Shown here in pieces: positions 39,223-49,162 of a DNA stretch of 64,000 nt. Each line of letters opens with the position of its first letter. Position 1 is the first letter of the stretch. Source of the DNA: an uncultured Fibrobacterota bacterium (GTDB taxonomy: Bacteria > Fibrobacterota > Chitinivibrionia > Chitinivibrionales > FEN-1185); contig CAVSQB010000005.1 of the NCBI GenBank assembly GCA_963729895.1, positions 320,001 through 384,000 of the forward strand, in the 5' to 3' direction. The translations under genes and the position numbers were made by a program. Under the pieces are notes generated by a model, which saw nothing but the letters and a program-made list of their open reading frames with translations, ran no database searches and was not told the DNA's origin.

Positions 39223-39941
39223 CTACAACGGTCAACCGGACAATCCGAGACAAAGCCCCGGCGCTGAGCGTGGGCGTACTCAGCGCAAATCTCATGAATC
39301 TGGCCGGCGATGTCGCGCTGCTCGAACAATGCGGCGTGACCCTGCTGCATTTCGACATCATGGACGGCCATTTTGCGCCGCAGCTCACCGCAGGGCCGTG
39401 GTTCGTAAAAGGCGTCAAAACGGGCCTGATCAAAGACGTCCATTTGATGATTGAGGACCCGCAGGAAACGATCCCCCTGTACGCCGCCGCCGGCGCCGAC
39501 ATCATCACGGTGCACGCGGAATCGTGCGTGCATGCGCGCTATGCGCTGCAGCTCATCGCGGCGCAGAAACGCGCCGGCGACCAGTCCCGCGGCGTCGCGC
39601 GGGGCATCGCGATCAACCCGGGTACGCCGCTGTCGGTACTCCACCCGCTGCTGGAGGAGGCCGATATCGTGACGCTCGTGGCGGTCAATCCGGGGTTCCC
39701 CGGGCAAAAACTCTATGCGGATACCGGCCGACGCGCGGAGCAGGTCCGCCTGTCAATCGCGCAGACCGGCCGCGACATCCTGCTCTGCATCGACGGCGGA
39801 GTGACAAAAGAGAACATGAAGGACGTCGCGCGCATGAAGCCGGACATCGTCGTGAGCGGCAGCGCGGTGTTCGAGAAGAACGCCGTGGCCGAGAACCTGA
39901 GCGCCATGACGGCCTTGCTGAGGGGAAACAAACATGGTTAG
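39219..39941 (+). CDS. Ribulose-phosphate 3-epimerase family protein, LsrE-like
   Basis: LSVG, HFDIMDG, GPW, KDVHLM, AVNPG, IDGG and VSGSA motifs; ATGA overlap with lsrF. Confidence 0.85.
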   Translation: MTTTVNRTIRDKAPALSVGVLSANLMNLAGDVALLEQCGVTLLHFDIMDGHFAPQLTAGPWFVKGVKTGLIKDVHLMIEDPQETIPLYAAAGADIITVHAESCVHARYALQLIAAQKRAGDQSRGVARGIAINPGTPLSVLHPLLEEADIVTLVAVNPGFPGQKLYADTGRRAEQVRLSIAQTGRDILLCIDGGVTKENMKDVARMKPDIVVSGSAVFEKNAVAENLSAMTALLRGNKHG

Positions 39942-42054
39942 AAATTCCTGGGTTCAGGCGGACGCGGACGAATTCGTAAGGGCCCGGAGCGGCGCCGCGG
40001 GCGCCGGGGTCGCGCTCCTTGCCTATACAACCAGGCTTGTCGGAAGCGAACCGGACCTTGCCATGCACGGCGGCGGCAATACCTCGCTCAAGACCACCGT
40101 TGTGACCCTCGCCGGCGAGGAGAAGAGCGCTTTGTTTGTCAAGGCCTCGGGCGCACCCATGGACGACATCGATCCGTCGGGGTTCGTGTGCCTCGACCGC
40201 CTCTCTCTGGCAAAGCTCCGCGCGGTGCCGTCGCTCACCGACGAGGCAATGGCCGGCCAGTTCCGCACCCACCTGCTCCTGCCGTCCAGTTTGCTTCCGT
40301 CAATCGAAACGCTGATGCACGCGTTTGTCGGCAGCGCGGCGGTGGTGCACACGCATCCTGCGGCCGTTCTTGCCCTTACCAACCGCGACAACTCCGGCGA
40401 CGCGATCGCGCAGGCCCTGGGCAACGGCGTGGGCGTCGTGCCGTACGTGAGCGCGGGCCTGGGGCTTGGGCGCGCGGCGGCCGACCTGCTCGACGCGAAC
40501 AGGGAACTCCGCGCGATTGTGGCGGTCCATCACGGCCTCATCACCGTTGGCGCGTCCATCAAGCAGGCATACGACGCAACCGTGGAACTGGTAAACCGCG
40601 CCGAGGACTATATCCGCGCGAACCGGCGGCGGGGCATCACACTTGACATAAGCACATCGGTGGAAACCGCGCACTCGCGGTACCTCAAACTGGCGCCCGT
40701 GCTGCGGGGGCTTTTGTCGCCCGCGTCCGGAGATCCGGACACCCCGAAGGTGCCCCTGTCGCTCGCGCCGCTCATCACCCCGGAAATCCTGGGGCTGCTG
40801 GGCTCCGGCCAGGGGCGGGGCATTGCGCTGTCGCCGCCCCTCACGCCCGATTACGCGGTGCGGACGAAGTCGTTCCCGCTGTTTGTGGATAATCCACGCT
40901 ACGACGACCCTGCCGAGCTCAATCGTCAACTGGCGCGGGACATAGCCATGTTTTCCAGCCGGTACCAGGCCTATGTTCAGAAGTACGCATCGCGCCTTCC
41001 GAAATTCGACGACGCCGCAGGGTTCGATGCGTTGCCGAGAGTGGTTTTTTTGCCCGGGCTCGGCGCGGTGTGCGCGGGACGCGACATCCACATGGCGACC
41101 GTGGTGCGCGACATCACTTTGCAGGCCTTTGAGGTAAAGCGCGCAATTTACGAAACGGGGGGCGCCTATCGCGGGCTTGCCGAAGAACATCTGTTCGATA
41201 TGGAATTCAGGGCGCTGCAGGTTGCCAAGATGGAACGCCCGGAGCATAAATCACTGCGCGGGGCAAGCGCGCTCGTCACCGGGTCTGCCGGTGCGATCGG
41301 CGCCGGGATCTGCGAGGCGCTTTTGGCGGAGGGCTGCAACGTGGCGGTCACCGATCTTGCCGGCGGGGCGCTTGCATCCATGGAGCAGGAACTGAAGAAG
41401 ACATACGGCGATCGCGTGCTCGGCGTGGCTTGTGACGTAACGGACCCCGCATCGGTGGCCGTCGCGTTCGAAGCCGCCGTGGCGGCCTTCGGCGGCGTGG
41501 ACATCGTGGTGTCCAACGCGGGACTTGCCCACGTATCGCCGCTTGCGGAAATGGACCTCGACGCATTCCGCAAACTCGAGCGCGTCAACATCGACGGGAC
41601 TCTGCTCGTGATTGCCGAAGCCGGGCGGCTGCTGCGGCTTCAGAATACCGGCGGCGACATCGTACTCGTGTCCACCAAGAACGTATTTGCGCCCGGCGCG
41701 AAATTCGGCGCGTACAGCGCCACCAAGGCCGCCGCGCACCAGATCGCACGCATCGCGAGCCTCGAATTCGCCGACATGGGAGTGCGTGTGAACATGGTGT
41801 CGCCCGATGCGGTGTTTTCGCACGGGTCAACAAAATCGGGGCTGTGGCGGCAGGTGGGGCCCGACCGCATGAAGGCCCGCGGCCTCGATGAAAAGGGGCT
41901 TGAGGAGTACTACCGCCAGCGCAACCTGCTCAAGGCAAAGGTCACGGCCCGGCACGTGGCCAGGGCCGTGCTGTTCTTTGTGACCCACCAGACCCCCACC
42001 ACAGGCGCCACCATTCCGGTTGACGGCGGGTTGCCTGATGCGACGCCGAGATAG
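39934..42054 (+). CDS. Bifunctional class II aldolase / short-chain dehydrogenase
   Basis: HGGGNTSLK, PSIETLMH and HTH (aldolase II); TGSAGAIG, NAG and YSATK (SDR). Confidence 0.9.
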   Translation: MVRNSWVQADADEFVRARSGAAGAGVALLAYTTRLVGSEPDLAMHGGGNTSLKTTVVTLAGEEKSALFVKASGAPMDDIDPSGFVCLDRLSLAKLRAVPSLTDEAMAGQFRTHLLLPSSLLPSIETLMHAFVGSAAVVHTHPAAVLALTNRDNSGDAIAQALGNGVGVVPYVSAGLGLGRAAADLLDANRELRAIVAVHHGLITVGASIKQAYDATVELVNRAEDYIRANRRRGITLDISTSVETAHSRYLKLAPVLRGLLSPASGDPDTPKVPLSLAPLITPEILGLLGSGQGRGIALSPPLTPDYAVRTKSFPLFVDNPRYDDPAELNRQLARDIAMFSSRYQAYVQKYASRLPKFDDAAGFDALPRVVFLPGLGAVCAGRDIHMATVVRDITLQAFEVKRAIYETGGAYRGLAEEHLFDMEFRALQVAKMERPEHKSLRGASALVTGSAGAIGAGICEALLAEGCNVAVTDLAGGALASMEQELKKTYGDRVLGVACDVTDPASVAVAFEAAVAAFGGVDIVVSNAGLAHVSPLAEMDLDAFRKLERVNIDGTLLVIAEAGRLLRLQNTGGDIVLVSTKNVFAPGAKFGAYSATKAAAHQIARIASLEFADMGVRVNMVSPDAVFSHGSTKSGLWRQVGPDRMKARGLDEKGLEEYYRQRNLLKAKVTARHVARAVLFFVTHQTPTTGATIPVDGGLPDATPR

Positions 42055-42404
42055 AATTAATTTGAATTTGATTTTTTTGGGGGGAAGGTTCCCCCTCGCT
42101 CCGGCCCGCAAAGCCGGTCCTCCGCTACCCCCTCCTGGGTGCACCCCTCGAAAGGCAGTTGCAAGAATCGACCTTGTGTTGCGGGGGCACCCGCGGAGAG
42201 CGGTTGAAAATTGACGGAGAGGAACATCAGATCTTTGCTGTTGTTGCGTTGAGCCTGGTTGTTGAAGAACTCGCCGTTCACTGCTGACGAATACGCCTCA
42301 ACTCCGTACATTCGCATGCGGGCGTAGTGCTCAGGTCGAACAGCGGTTCACTTGTGCTTGCAAAGGATGCTTTCTTGCCTTTCCTTGTAACCGGGTCCTT
42401 CTAG

Positions 42405-43716
42405 CAGGTTGTTGAAATAGTCCTAACAGAAGCGCTCTTGTTGATTTTTTATGAACCTAACTTCAACTTTACATATGTCAGAGAGGTTTTACCTGCCTCG
42501 TTCCGAGGCATTTCCCCGGATTCCCAGGCCATTCTCATGCTGCCCCCACCGTTTGCGGCATCAACTTAACCATGCGTATCAAGTTGTACGCTGCGGCAAC
42601 CACGTAGGCAACAGTCTGGTTGATTCGTATTCCTCTTACCCGAGTTTTCCGCAGGCCACCGACGCTCTTGATCCACCCAAATATCTCTTCAACCCGTTTT
42701 CGTTTCCGTTGACTTACGCTGTATCCCTTATGCCGAGTCGTTCTTCCATCCAACCCTTTAAGCGAAGTGTTGGCCTTCTCGGCAATGTGAGGCTTCACGT
42801 GCAGGCGTCGCAGGCTCTTGATAAATTCGGTTGCATGATACCCTTTGTCTGCACCCACCGTCTTCATCCGGCGTTTTCCGCGCCTGCGTTCATGCTTTAT
42901 CAGCTCAAGCGCCATATCCCGTTCCGCTGTCCCCGTCGCTGGCGCAATGGCGATATCAACACACAACCCATTTCGGTTTTCCATCAGCACGTGACCGGAA
43001 TACGCCAGCTGCGCTCCCGTTCTCTTGTTCTTCCGAGCCAACAGCGCCTCTGGATCGGTCGAACTCTGATGTGTCTCATTGCTTCGCTTCTCATGGTGGA
43101 AATCAACCGACGGATTACTCCGATCATCGTCAGTCTTGTTCGCCGATTCCGCGTCTTTTCGCTTGAAGCTCTTCATCGATGCCCAGGCTTCAATCAACGT
43201 GCCGTCAACCGTGAAATGCTCATCGGACAACAACTCTTCGGAACGAGCAAGACGCACGATTTCCTGCATCAGCCGGTGCGCAATCTCCTGTTCCATAAGT
43301 CGATCTCGGTTCTTCGAAAACACACTATGATCAAACGATGCCGCATCCAGATCCATGTCAAGAAACCATCGGAACAGAATGTTATAGTCCAGCATCTCGC
43401 AAAACAACCGGTCCGACCGTATCGAAAACAAAGCCATCAATATCTGTGCTTTCAAAAGCCATTCCGGCGGTATCGAAGGGCGTCCCATCCGGCTGTACAT
43501 CGCCTCAAAGTCACGAGAAAGGCGGCGCAGCGCTATGTCCGTAAACTGTTTGACACGACGAAGCGGGTGTGTTGCCGGCACTCGGGAATCCGGAGAAACG
43601 AAGCTGAACATACCGCCTTGGGCTGGCTGGGAACCTCTCATCAATACTCCTTGGTTGGGGTTCCCCTATAATATAAGGATAAATGTTTACAAAAGGGAGA
43701 CTTTTTCAACACCCTG
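42405..43716 (-). mobile_element. IS5-family element (copy 2, intact, 1312 bp)
   Basis: Same IRs as copy 1; CTAG duplicated at 42401-42404 and 43717-43720. Confidence 0.95.
42535..43644 (-). CDS. IS5-family transposase
   Basis: GRPSIPPE, FTVDGTLIEA, TDPEA, VGADKGY and RKRVEEIFGW motifs. Confidence 0.94.
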   Translation of the reverse strand: MMRGSQPAQGGMFSFVSPDSRVPATHPLRRVKQFTDIALRRLSRDFEAMYSRMGRPSIPPEWLLKAQILMALFSIRSDRLFCEMLDYNILFRWFLDMDLDAASFDHSVFSKNRDRLMEQEIAHRLMQEIVRLARSEELLSDEHFTVDGTLIEAWASMKSFKRKDAESANKTDDDRSNPSVDFHHEKRSNETHQSSTDPEALLARKNKRTGAQLAYSGHVLMENRNGLCVDIAIAPATGTAERDMALELIKHERRRGKRRMKTVGADKGYHATEFIKSLRRLHVKPHIAEKANTSLKGLDGRTTRHKGYSVSQRKRKRVEEIFGWIKSVGGLRKTRVRGIRINQTVAYVVAAAYNLIRMVKLMPQTVGAA

Positions 43717-43901
43717 CTAGGGTGCGCGCAACAGAAGGTGCGGCCTTGCCACGGGTAGATCCACGCCGCACCCGCCCAGCAATCCAGAATCATGTTTAGC
43801 AGAGAGGTGCCCAGATCCTTATTTTGATATTCGCTGCACCTGCTCAGCAATCCAGAACCAGATCTTGACTAACGAAACTCCACAGGGAGGCGCCCATATT
43901 C

Positions 43902-44792
43902 TCATGCTGTCAAATCTTTAACAGCTCTCACTATCGCCGCGATATGCTCCGGCGTGGTCCCGCAGCACCCGCCCACGATGTTCGCGCCCGCTGCCACGAT
44001 CTCCGGCACCATCCCCGCCATGATGGCCGGTGTTTCCGGAAAGTAAATGTCACCGTCCCTGGTCTGCGGCAGCCCCGCGTTGGCGTGCACGAGGATGGGT
44101 GTGGCCGCGTCGGCCGCGCGTATCTCGCGGACGATCTCGATCATCTGCGCCATGCCGTTGCCGCAATTGGTGCCGACGATCCGGGCGCCTGCGGCCGTCA
44201 GCGCGGCCGCCATTTCCGCGGGGGAAACGCCCATCATGGTCCGAAAGGTGTTGTCAACGGTCTTGTCGAAAGTAAATGTCGCGATAATTTCGAGTTTCGT
44301 GTTGTCGCGGGCGGCTTTCACGGCGATGCATGCCTCGTCGAGCGCGGTCATGGTCTCGATGCAGCAGGCGTCGGCGCCGCCTTGTTCGAGGGCCGCCGCC
44401 TGTTCCGCAAACGCGTCGTACACCTCGGCCTCCAAAACGTCGCCCATCATGAGGATCTTGCCCGTGGGACCTATTGAGGCGATCACGTGCCTGTCCGGCC
44501 CGGCGGCCTCCCGCGAAATTGCGGCGGCCTCGCGGTTTATCTCCTTTGTCCTGCTTTCGAGCCCGTAGTGCGCGAGCTTGAGCCGGTTTGCGCCGAAGCT
44601 GTTGGATTCGATCATGTCCGCGCCCGCGCCGGCATAGCTTTTTGCGATGTCAAGCACATCGCGCCTGCGCGTGATGCACCACAACTCCGGGCATTGGCCC
44701 GGTTCAAGGCCTTTCTTGTGCAGAAACGTTCCCCATGCGCCGTCGGACACGAGCACAACGCCGGAGGAAACGGTTTCGACGATGGTTTTCAT
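43902..44792 (-). CDS. Homocysteine S-methyltransferase domain protein (stand-alone MetH N-domain)
   Basis: DGAWGT, NSFGAN, ETM, NCG, NAGLP and GGCCGTTP motifs. Confidence 0.92.
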   Translation of the reverse strand: MKTIVETVSSGVVLVSDGAWGTFLHKKGLEPGQCPELWCITRRRDVLDIAKSYAGAGADMIESNSFGANRLKLAHYGLESRTKEINREAAAISREAAGPDRHVIASIGPTGKILMMGDVLEAEVYDAFAEQAAALEQGGADACCIETMTALDEACIAVKAARDNTKLEIIATFTFDKTVDNTFRTMMGVSPAEMAAALTAAGARIVGTNCGNGMAQMIEIVREIRAADAATPILVHANAGLPQTRDGDIYFPETPAIMAGMVPEIVAAGANIVGGCCGTTPEHIAAIVRAVKDLTA

Positions 44793-44813
44793 GATGGGTT
44801 CCTTATCGGAAAA

Positions 44814-44955
44814 TCACCACGGAGGCACGGAGTGCACGGAGAAAAAAGAATGAGAATCAAACATAAAGAATAATATTTCTGACACAGCAGACTTTCCCCT
44901 CCTAAATTTGAACAATCCTTTTCTCTTTCCTGTGTCCTCCGTGTCTCCGTGGTGA
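44814..44955. repeat. Inverted-repeat miniature element, family C copy 1
   Basis: TCACCACGGAGGCACGGAG ... CTCCGTGTCTCCGTGGTGA (18 of 19 matching) around an AT-rich spacer. Confidence 0.8.
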
Positions 44956-44968
44956 ATCTTCTCTTCTC

Positions 44969-45631
44969 CTATTTCCCCGAATTCAAGAAATCCACCGCCC
45001 CCTGCGGGTCGGCCGAATACCCTGCGCCGATTTTGTCAGCAAATTCCCTGGTGAGCGGCGCGCCGCCCACGATCACACGGATGCCGGGGAATTTCGCCGA
45101 AAGTTCACGGGTGATCTTTTCCATGTTCATCATGGTTGTGGTAAGCAGCGTGGACAGCCCGACGCTGCACCCGGGGTGCTGTTCGACGGCCTTGACGAAT
45201 TTGTCGACGGACACGTCGACGCCAAGGTCCACCACTTCCCGCCCTCCGCCTTCCACGATCATGGCGACCAGGTTTTTGCCTATGTCGTGAAGGTCGCCGG
45301 CGACCGTGCCCACCACAAAAGTTCCCCTGCGCCGTACCTGGCCCGACGTGAAAAACGGCCGCAGGTGTTTCATGCCGGCGTACATGGCCTTTGCCGACAT
45401 GAGCACGTCCGGAATAAATACCTTGTTAAGCCGGAACTTCTCGCCCACGTTGTACATTCCCACCACCAGACCGTTGGACAAAACCTCCTGCGGAGAAATC
45501 CCCTGCGTCAGCGCCTGGGCCGTGAGTTCGTCCGCGCCGCTTTGACCCTTGAGGTCCGCGGGGAACGGGGCCGCGGCGCTGATCTTGCCCCGCTCGACGC
45601 AGGTTGCGATCCGTGAAATCAAATCCGACAT
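44969..45631 (-). CDS. Corrinoid (cobalamin-binding) protein
   Basis: B12 cap domain (VGEKF...VFIPDVLMSA); GDLHDIGKNLV, DLG.DV and VGGAP motifs. Confidence 0.92.
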   Translation of the reverse strand: MSDLISRIATCVERGKISAAAPFPADLKGQSGADELTAQALTQGISPQEVLSNGLVVGMYNVGEKFRLNKVFIPDVLMSAKAMYAGMKHLRPFFTSGQVRRRGTFVVGTVAGDLHDIGKNLVAMIVEGGGREVVDLGVDVSVDKFVKAVEQHPGCSVGLSTLLTTTMMNMEKITRELSAKFPGIRVIVGGAPLTREFADKIGAGYSADPQGAVDFLNSGK

Positions 45632-45642
45632 TCTGCCTCCTT

Positions 45643-46707
45643 TTACCGTTGGGCCTGTTTTAAGAGACATGCGTGGCAATGCAACGGATTGCCGGGAAGC
45701 GGCACAAGCCGCGGAATTTCCTGGGTGCAGCGGCCGACCACCACGGCGCGCTCGCCGCCGGCGGTGATCGAGGCCGTTTCTTCTTTGCCAAGAGACGCCG
45801 CGACCTGCCGGGTGTACGCGCACCGCGGATGAAACGGGCATCCCGGCGGCGGGTTGACGGGCGAGGGCGTTTCGCCGGGAAGCCGCACGCGTTCGGGCTT
45901 CTTCTCCGGGTCGGGAACGGGAATCGCGGAAAGCAAGGCTCGCGTATATGGATGGATTGGATCGGCATACAGCGAATCCCGGTCGGCTTTTTCCACGATT
46001 TTCCCCAGGTACATCACCGCCACCTCGTCGCTGAAATGTTCCACCACCGCAAGGTTATGCGCGATGAAAAGGTACGACAGCCCCATGTCGGCCTGAAGAT
46101 CGGACAGCAGGTTGAGTATCTGCGCCTGTATCGACACGTCGAGCGCGCTCACCGGTTCGTCGCACACGATGAAGTCGGGCTTGCTTGCCAGGGCTCGGGC
46201 AATGCCGATGCGCTGCTTCTGGCCGCCGGAGAATTCGTGCGGGTATCGCGTCATGTACTGGGCCGACAGGCCAACCCGTTCCAGAAGCTCGCCCACGCGT
46301 TGCTTCCGCTGCCGGCTAGACAAACGCGAATGCACCACGAGCGGCTCGGCAACGATGTTCGCAACGCTCATGCGGGGATTAAGCGAGCTCATGGGGTCCT
46401 GGAAAATAATCTGCATCCGCCGGCGGAGGGCACGCATCGATTTGTTGTCGAGCGAGAAAAGGTCCCGGCCGTCAAAGGTGACCTTCCCTTCCGTCGCGGC
46501 GATGAGGCGCAGGATGGTCCGGCCAACGGTGGTCTTACCGGAACCGCTTTCGCCCACCAGGCCCAGGGTCTTGCCCTTCGCGATGGAGAAGTCCACGCCG
46601 TCAACCGCGCGGACGAACCGGTGGGCTTTCCCCATCGTTGCCTCGCGGACCGGGAAATAGGTCTTGAGGCCGGTTACGGAGAGCAGGGGTGAAGTGGTTT
46701 CGCTCAT
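45643..46707 (-). CDS. Oligopeptide/dipeptide ABC transporter ATPase (OppF-like)
   Basis: [29 protein letters not shown] and GCPFHPRC motifs. Confidence 0.93.
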   Translation of the reverse strand: MSETTSPLLSVTGLKTYFPVREATMGKAHRFVRAVDGVDFSIAKGKTLGLVGESGSGKTTVGRTILRLIAATEGKVTFDGRDLFSLDNKSMRALRRRMQIIFQDPMSSLNPRMSVANIVAEPLVVHSRLSSRQRKQRVGELLERVGLSAQYMTRYPHEFSGGQKQRIGIARALASKPDFIVCDEPVSALDVSIQAQILNLLSDLQADMGLSYLFIAHNLAVVEHFSDEVAVMYLGKIVEKADRDSLYADPIHPYTRALLSAIPVPDPEKKPERVRLPGETPSPVNPPPGCPFHPRCAYTRQVAASLGKEETASITAGGERAVVVGRCTQEIPRLVPLPGNPLHCHACLLKQAQR

Positions 46708-46732
46708 AGGTTAGTCCGAACTAAGAAAAGTC

Positions 46733-47003
46733 TCACCGCAAAGGCGCAAAGGAACACAGGGAACCCATAAAAACTCGTTTTTCTATTCACGGCACTTTAC
46801 TCGCCCCCTAAATCCCCCGAAGGGGGACTTATCGGAAGAGGCGTTTCTATAGTAAAGTCAGCACAATACAAGTCCCCCTTCGGGGGATTTAGGGGGCGTG
46901 AACAAATGAGACAAATAAATATAGGACCCCGATAGAGTATTGACGGCATACTGTCGAGAAAATAAAATTGCATTTCTTCGTGTCCTTTGCGCCTTTGCGG
47001 TGA
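46733..47003. repeat. Inverted-repeat miniature element, family C-like copy 2, enclosing a family B doublet
   Basis: Perfect 21-bp IR TCACCGCAAAGGCGCAAAGGA / TCCTTTGCGCCTTTGCGGTGA. Confidence 0.82.
46802..46898. repeat. REPIN/MITE-like palindromic doublet, family B copy 2
   Basis: CGCCCCCTAAATCCCCCGAAGGGGGACTT and inverted copy; spacer homologous to that at 6537-6574. Confidence 0.85.
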
Positions 47004-47016
47004 AGCATTTGCACTT

Positions 47017-48099
47017 TTATCCTTCCGACGGGTCAGTCTCTTTTCCCTGCGCGAATCCCTCGCATTCCCAGCACGCGCACCAGTGACCGGGCCGCACTTC
47101 CAGCAGGGGCGGCGACTGCGTCGCGCACCGCGCCGGCACGCGGCCCCGGCCGTCCGGTCCGCCTATGTCAACCGTATCGCCCGAGCCCGCCTCCTGCGCC
47201 CGTTCCCGGGCAAGGCTGCAGCGCGGATGAAACCTGCACCCGTTTGGAAAATGCAACGGGCTCGGCACGCTTCCCGGAATGGTGTCGAGCCGCCGTTTCT
47301 TCTCGCCGAGCTTGGGCAGCGACCGGAACAGGCCGCGCGTGTACGGGTGGAGCGGACCCGCGAACAGGTTCTTGACATCCGCAAGCTCCGCAAGGCGCGA
47401 CGCATACATCACGCCCACGGTATCGGCGGCTTCCGCGACCACGCCGAGATCGTGCGTGATGAGCAGGATGCTCTGCCCCTGCTCCTGCAGCCCTCGCAGC
47501 AGGTCCAGAATCTGGGCCTGGATGGTGACGTCGAGGGCGGTGGTCGGTTCGTCGGCGATGAGCAGCTTGGGGTTGCACGACAGCGCAATGGCGATCATGA
47601 CGCGCTGCTGCATGCCGCCCGACAGCTGGTGCGGGTATTCGCCGTAGCGAAGCACAGGTTCGGGAATTCCCACTCTGGCAAGCATGTCCACGGCAATGTT
47701 TTTCGCCTCGCGGAAAGAAACGCGCTGGTGCAGCAGGATCGCCTCAACGATCTGGCTCCCGCAGGTGAACACGGGGTTGAGCGACGTCATGGGTTCCTGG
47801 AAAATCATGCTCACCTGCGAGCCGCGCACGTCCTGCATCCGGCGTTCCGAAAGGTCAAGCAGGTTCACGCCGTCGAGCACGATGCGTCCGGAGGCGATCC
47901 TGCCGGGCGGGCTGGGAATGAGCCGCAGAATCGACAGCGCGGTGATGCTCTTGCCGCACCCGCTTTCGCCCACCAGGGCGAACAGTTCGTTTTTCCGCAC
48001 CTTGAAGCTCACGCCGTCCACCGCCTTTACAACGCCGGACTCGGTGTCGAAGCAGGTCCGCAGATCGGTTATGGTGAGCAGTGTTTCACCGGATGCCAT
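47017..48099 (-). CDS. Oligopeptide/dipeptide ABC transporter ATPase (OppD-like)
   Basis: [29 protein letters not shown] and GCRFHPRC motifs. Confidence 0.93.
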   Translation of the reverse strand: MASGETLLTITDLRTCFDTESGVVKAVDGVSFKVRKNELFALVGESGCGKSITALSILRLIPSPPGRIASGRIVLDGVNLLDLSERRMQDVRGSQVSMIFQEPMTSLNPVFTCGSQIVEAILLHQRVSFREAKNIAVDMLARVGIPEPVLRYGEYPHQLSGGMQQRVMIAIALSCNPKLLIADEPTTALDVTIQAQILDLLRGLQEQGQSILLITHDLGVVAEAADTVGVMYASRLAELADVKNLFAGPLHPYTRGLFRSLPKLGEKKRRLDTIPGSVPSPLHFPNGCRFHPRCSLARERAQEAGSGDTVDIGGPDGRGRVPARCATQSPPLLEVRPGHWCACWECEGFAQGKETDPSEG

Positions 48100-48117
48100 G
48101 GGACGAATTCCGCTTCG

Positions 48118-49041
48118 TTACACGTTTTTGAGTTTCGGGTCCAGAGCGTCGCGCAGCCGGTCGCCGAAGATGTTCCACGCCAGGACGATGACGAACGTGG
48201 CGACTACCGCGGCGCTCAGTTCCCACCAGCGCCCCACAATCAGGTCCATTCTCGCCTCGTTGATCATTTTTCCCCAGCTCGGCATGTCCTGCACGCCCAG
48301 GTTGAGGAAGCTCAGGATCACTTCGGCGCTGATGGCGCCCACAAACCCGAGCGAGAAATTGATAATTGCGATGTGCATGAGGTTGGGTACGATGTGATGG
48401 AGCATGATGGCAAAGCCGCCGCGCCCGGTGGCGCGCGCCGCGAGCACGTAGTCGAGCTCCTTGAGCTTCATGGTCTCGGCGCGGATGTACCTGCACGTGC
48501 CGATCCAGTTGGTGAGACCGAGCGCGATATACACGCCGGCCATTCCGCTTAAGTCAAGTTCGAAGGGGGTGCCCGAAAACAGGACCTTGTCGGCAAACGC
48601 GAATTTGATGGAAATAAGCAGGATGATGCCCGGGATCGAGGCGAGCGTGGTGTACAGCCAGACGATAACATCGTCGATCCTCCTGCCGAAGAAACCGGCC
48701 AGCGCGCCCAGCAGCATGCCCAGCGGCAGCGCGATCACGTTCGACATGAACCCCACGGTCATCGATACATGCGCACCCAGGAACACTTTCTGCAGCACGC
48801 TCCGCCCCAGCGCGTCGGTGCCCAGCAGGTAGGTGAGCGACGGCGGCTCGTTGCGGTGGTTGTAGTCGTGCGCGGAGCTCCAATGCGAAAACACCAGGGG
48901 GCTGCCGATGGCGATGCAGGCGTACACGACAATAACGGCAAAGCATGCTACGGCGGCCTTATCGCGCAGCAGGCGTAGCGCGGCGTCGGCCCACAGGCCG
49001 CGGCCGGATACGTCGCGTTGATTTTCGGTTGTTTGTTTCAT
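48118..49041 (-). CDS. ABC transporter permease (OppC-like)
   Basis: LGTDALGR, YVLAARATG, SFLNLG and PSWGKMI motifs. Confidence 0.92.
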   Translation of the reverse strand: MKQTTENQRDVSGRGLWADAALRLLRDKAAVACFAVIVVYACIAIGSPLVFSHWSSAHDYNHRNEPPSLTYLLGTDALGRSVLQKVFLGAHVSMTVGFMSNVIALPLGMLLGALAGFFGRRIDDVIVWLYTTLASIPGIILLISIKFAFADKVLFSGTPFELDLSGMAGVYIALGLTNWIGTCRYIRAETMKLKELDYVLAARATGRGGFAIMLHHIVPNLMHIAIINFSLGFVGAISAEVILSFLNLGVQDMPSWGKMINEARMDLIVGRWWELSAAVVATFVIVLAWNIFGDRLRDALDPKLKNV

Positions 49042-49067
49042 CGCAGGTTTCCTCAATAAGACTCACC

Positions 49068-49162
49068 GCGCCTCACCTCATCACCCTCGACCCCTCTTCC
49101 CCTCTGCTTAACTAAGGAGAGGGGAAGAGGAGCCCGAAGGGCGGGGAGTTGGGGTGAGGCGC
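49068..49162. repeat. Nested palindromic element (family D) between oppB and oppC
   Basis: Outer GCGCCTCACC/GGTGAGGCGC stem and inner 13-bp perfect stem CCTCTTCCCCTCT/AGAGGGGAAGAGG. Confidence 0.75.

Larger units (their letters stand above)
42389..43854 (+). repeat. Modular intergenic element, family A locus 8 (X motif split by IS5; 2 right units)
   Basis: AACCGGGTCCTTCTAG|IS|GGTGCGCGCAAC, then right units at about 43764 and 43832. Confidence 0.85.
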
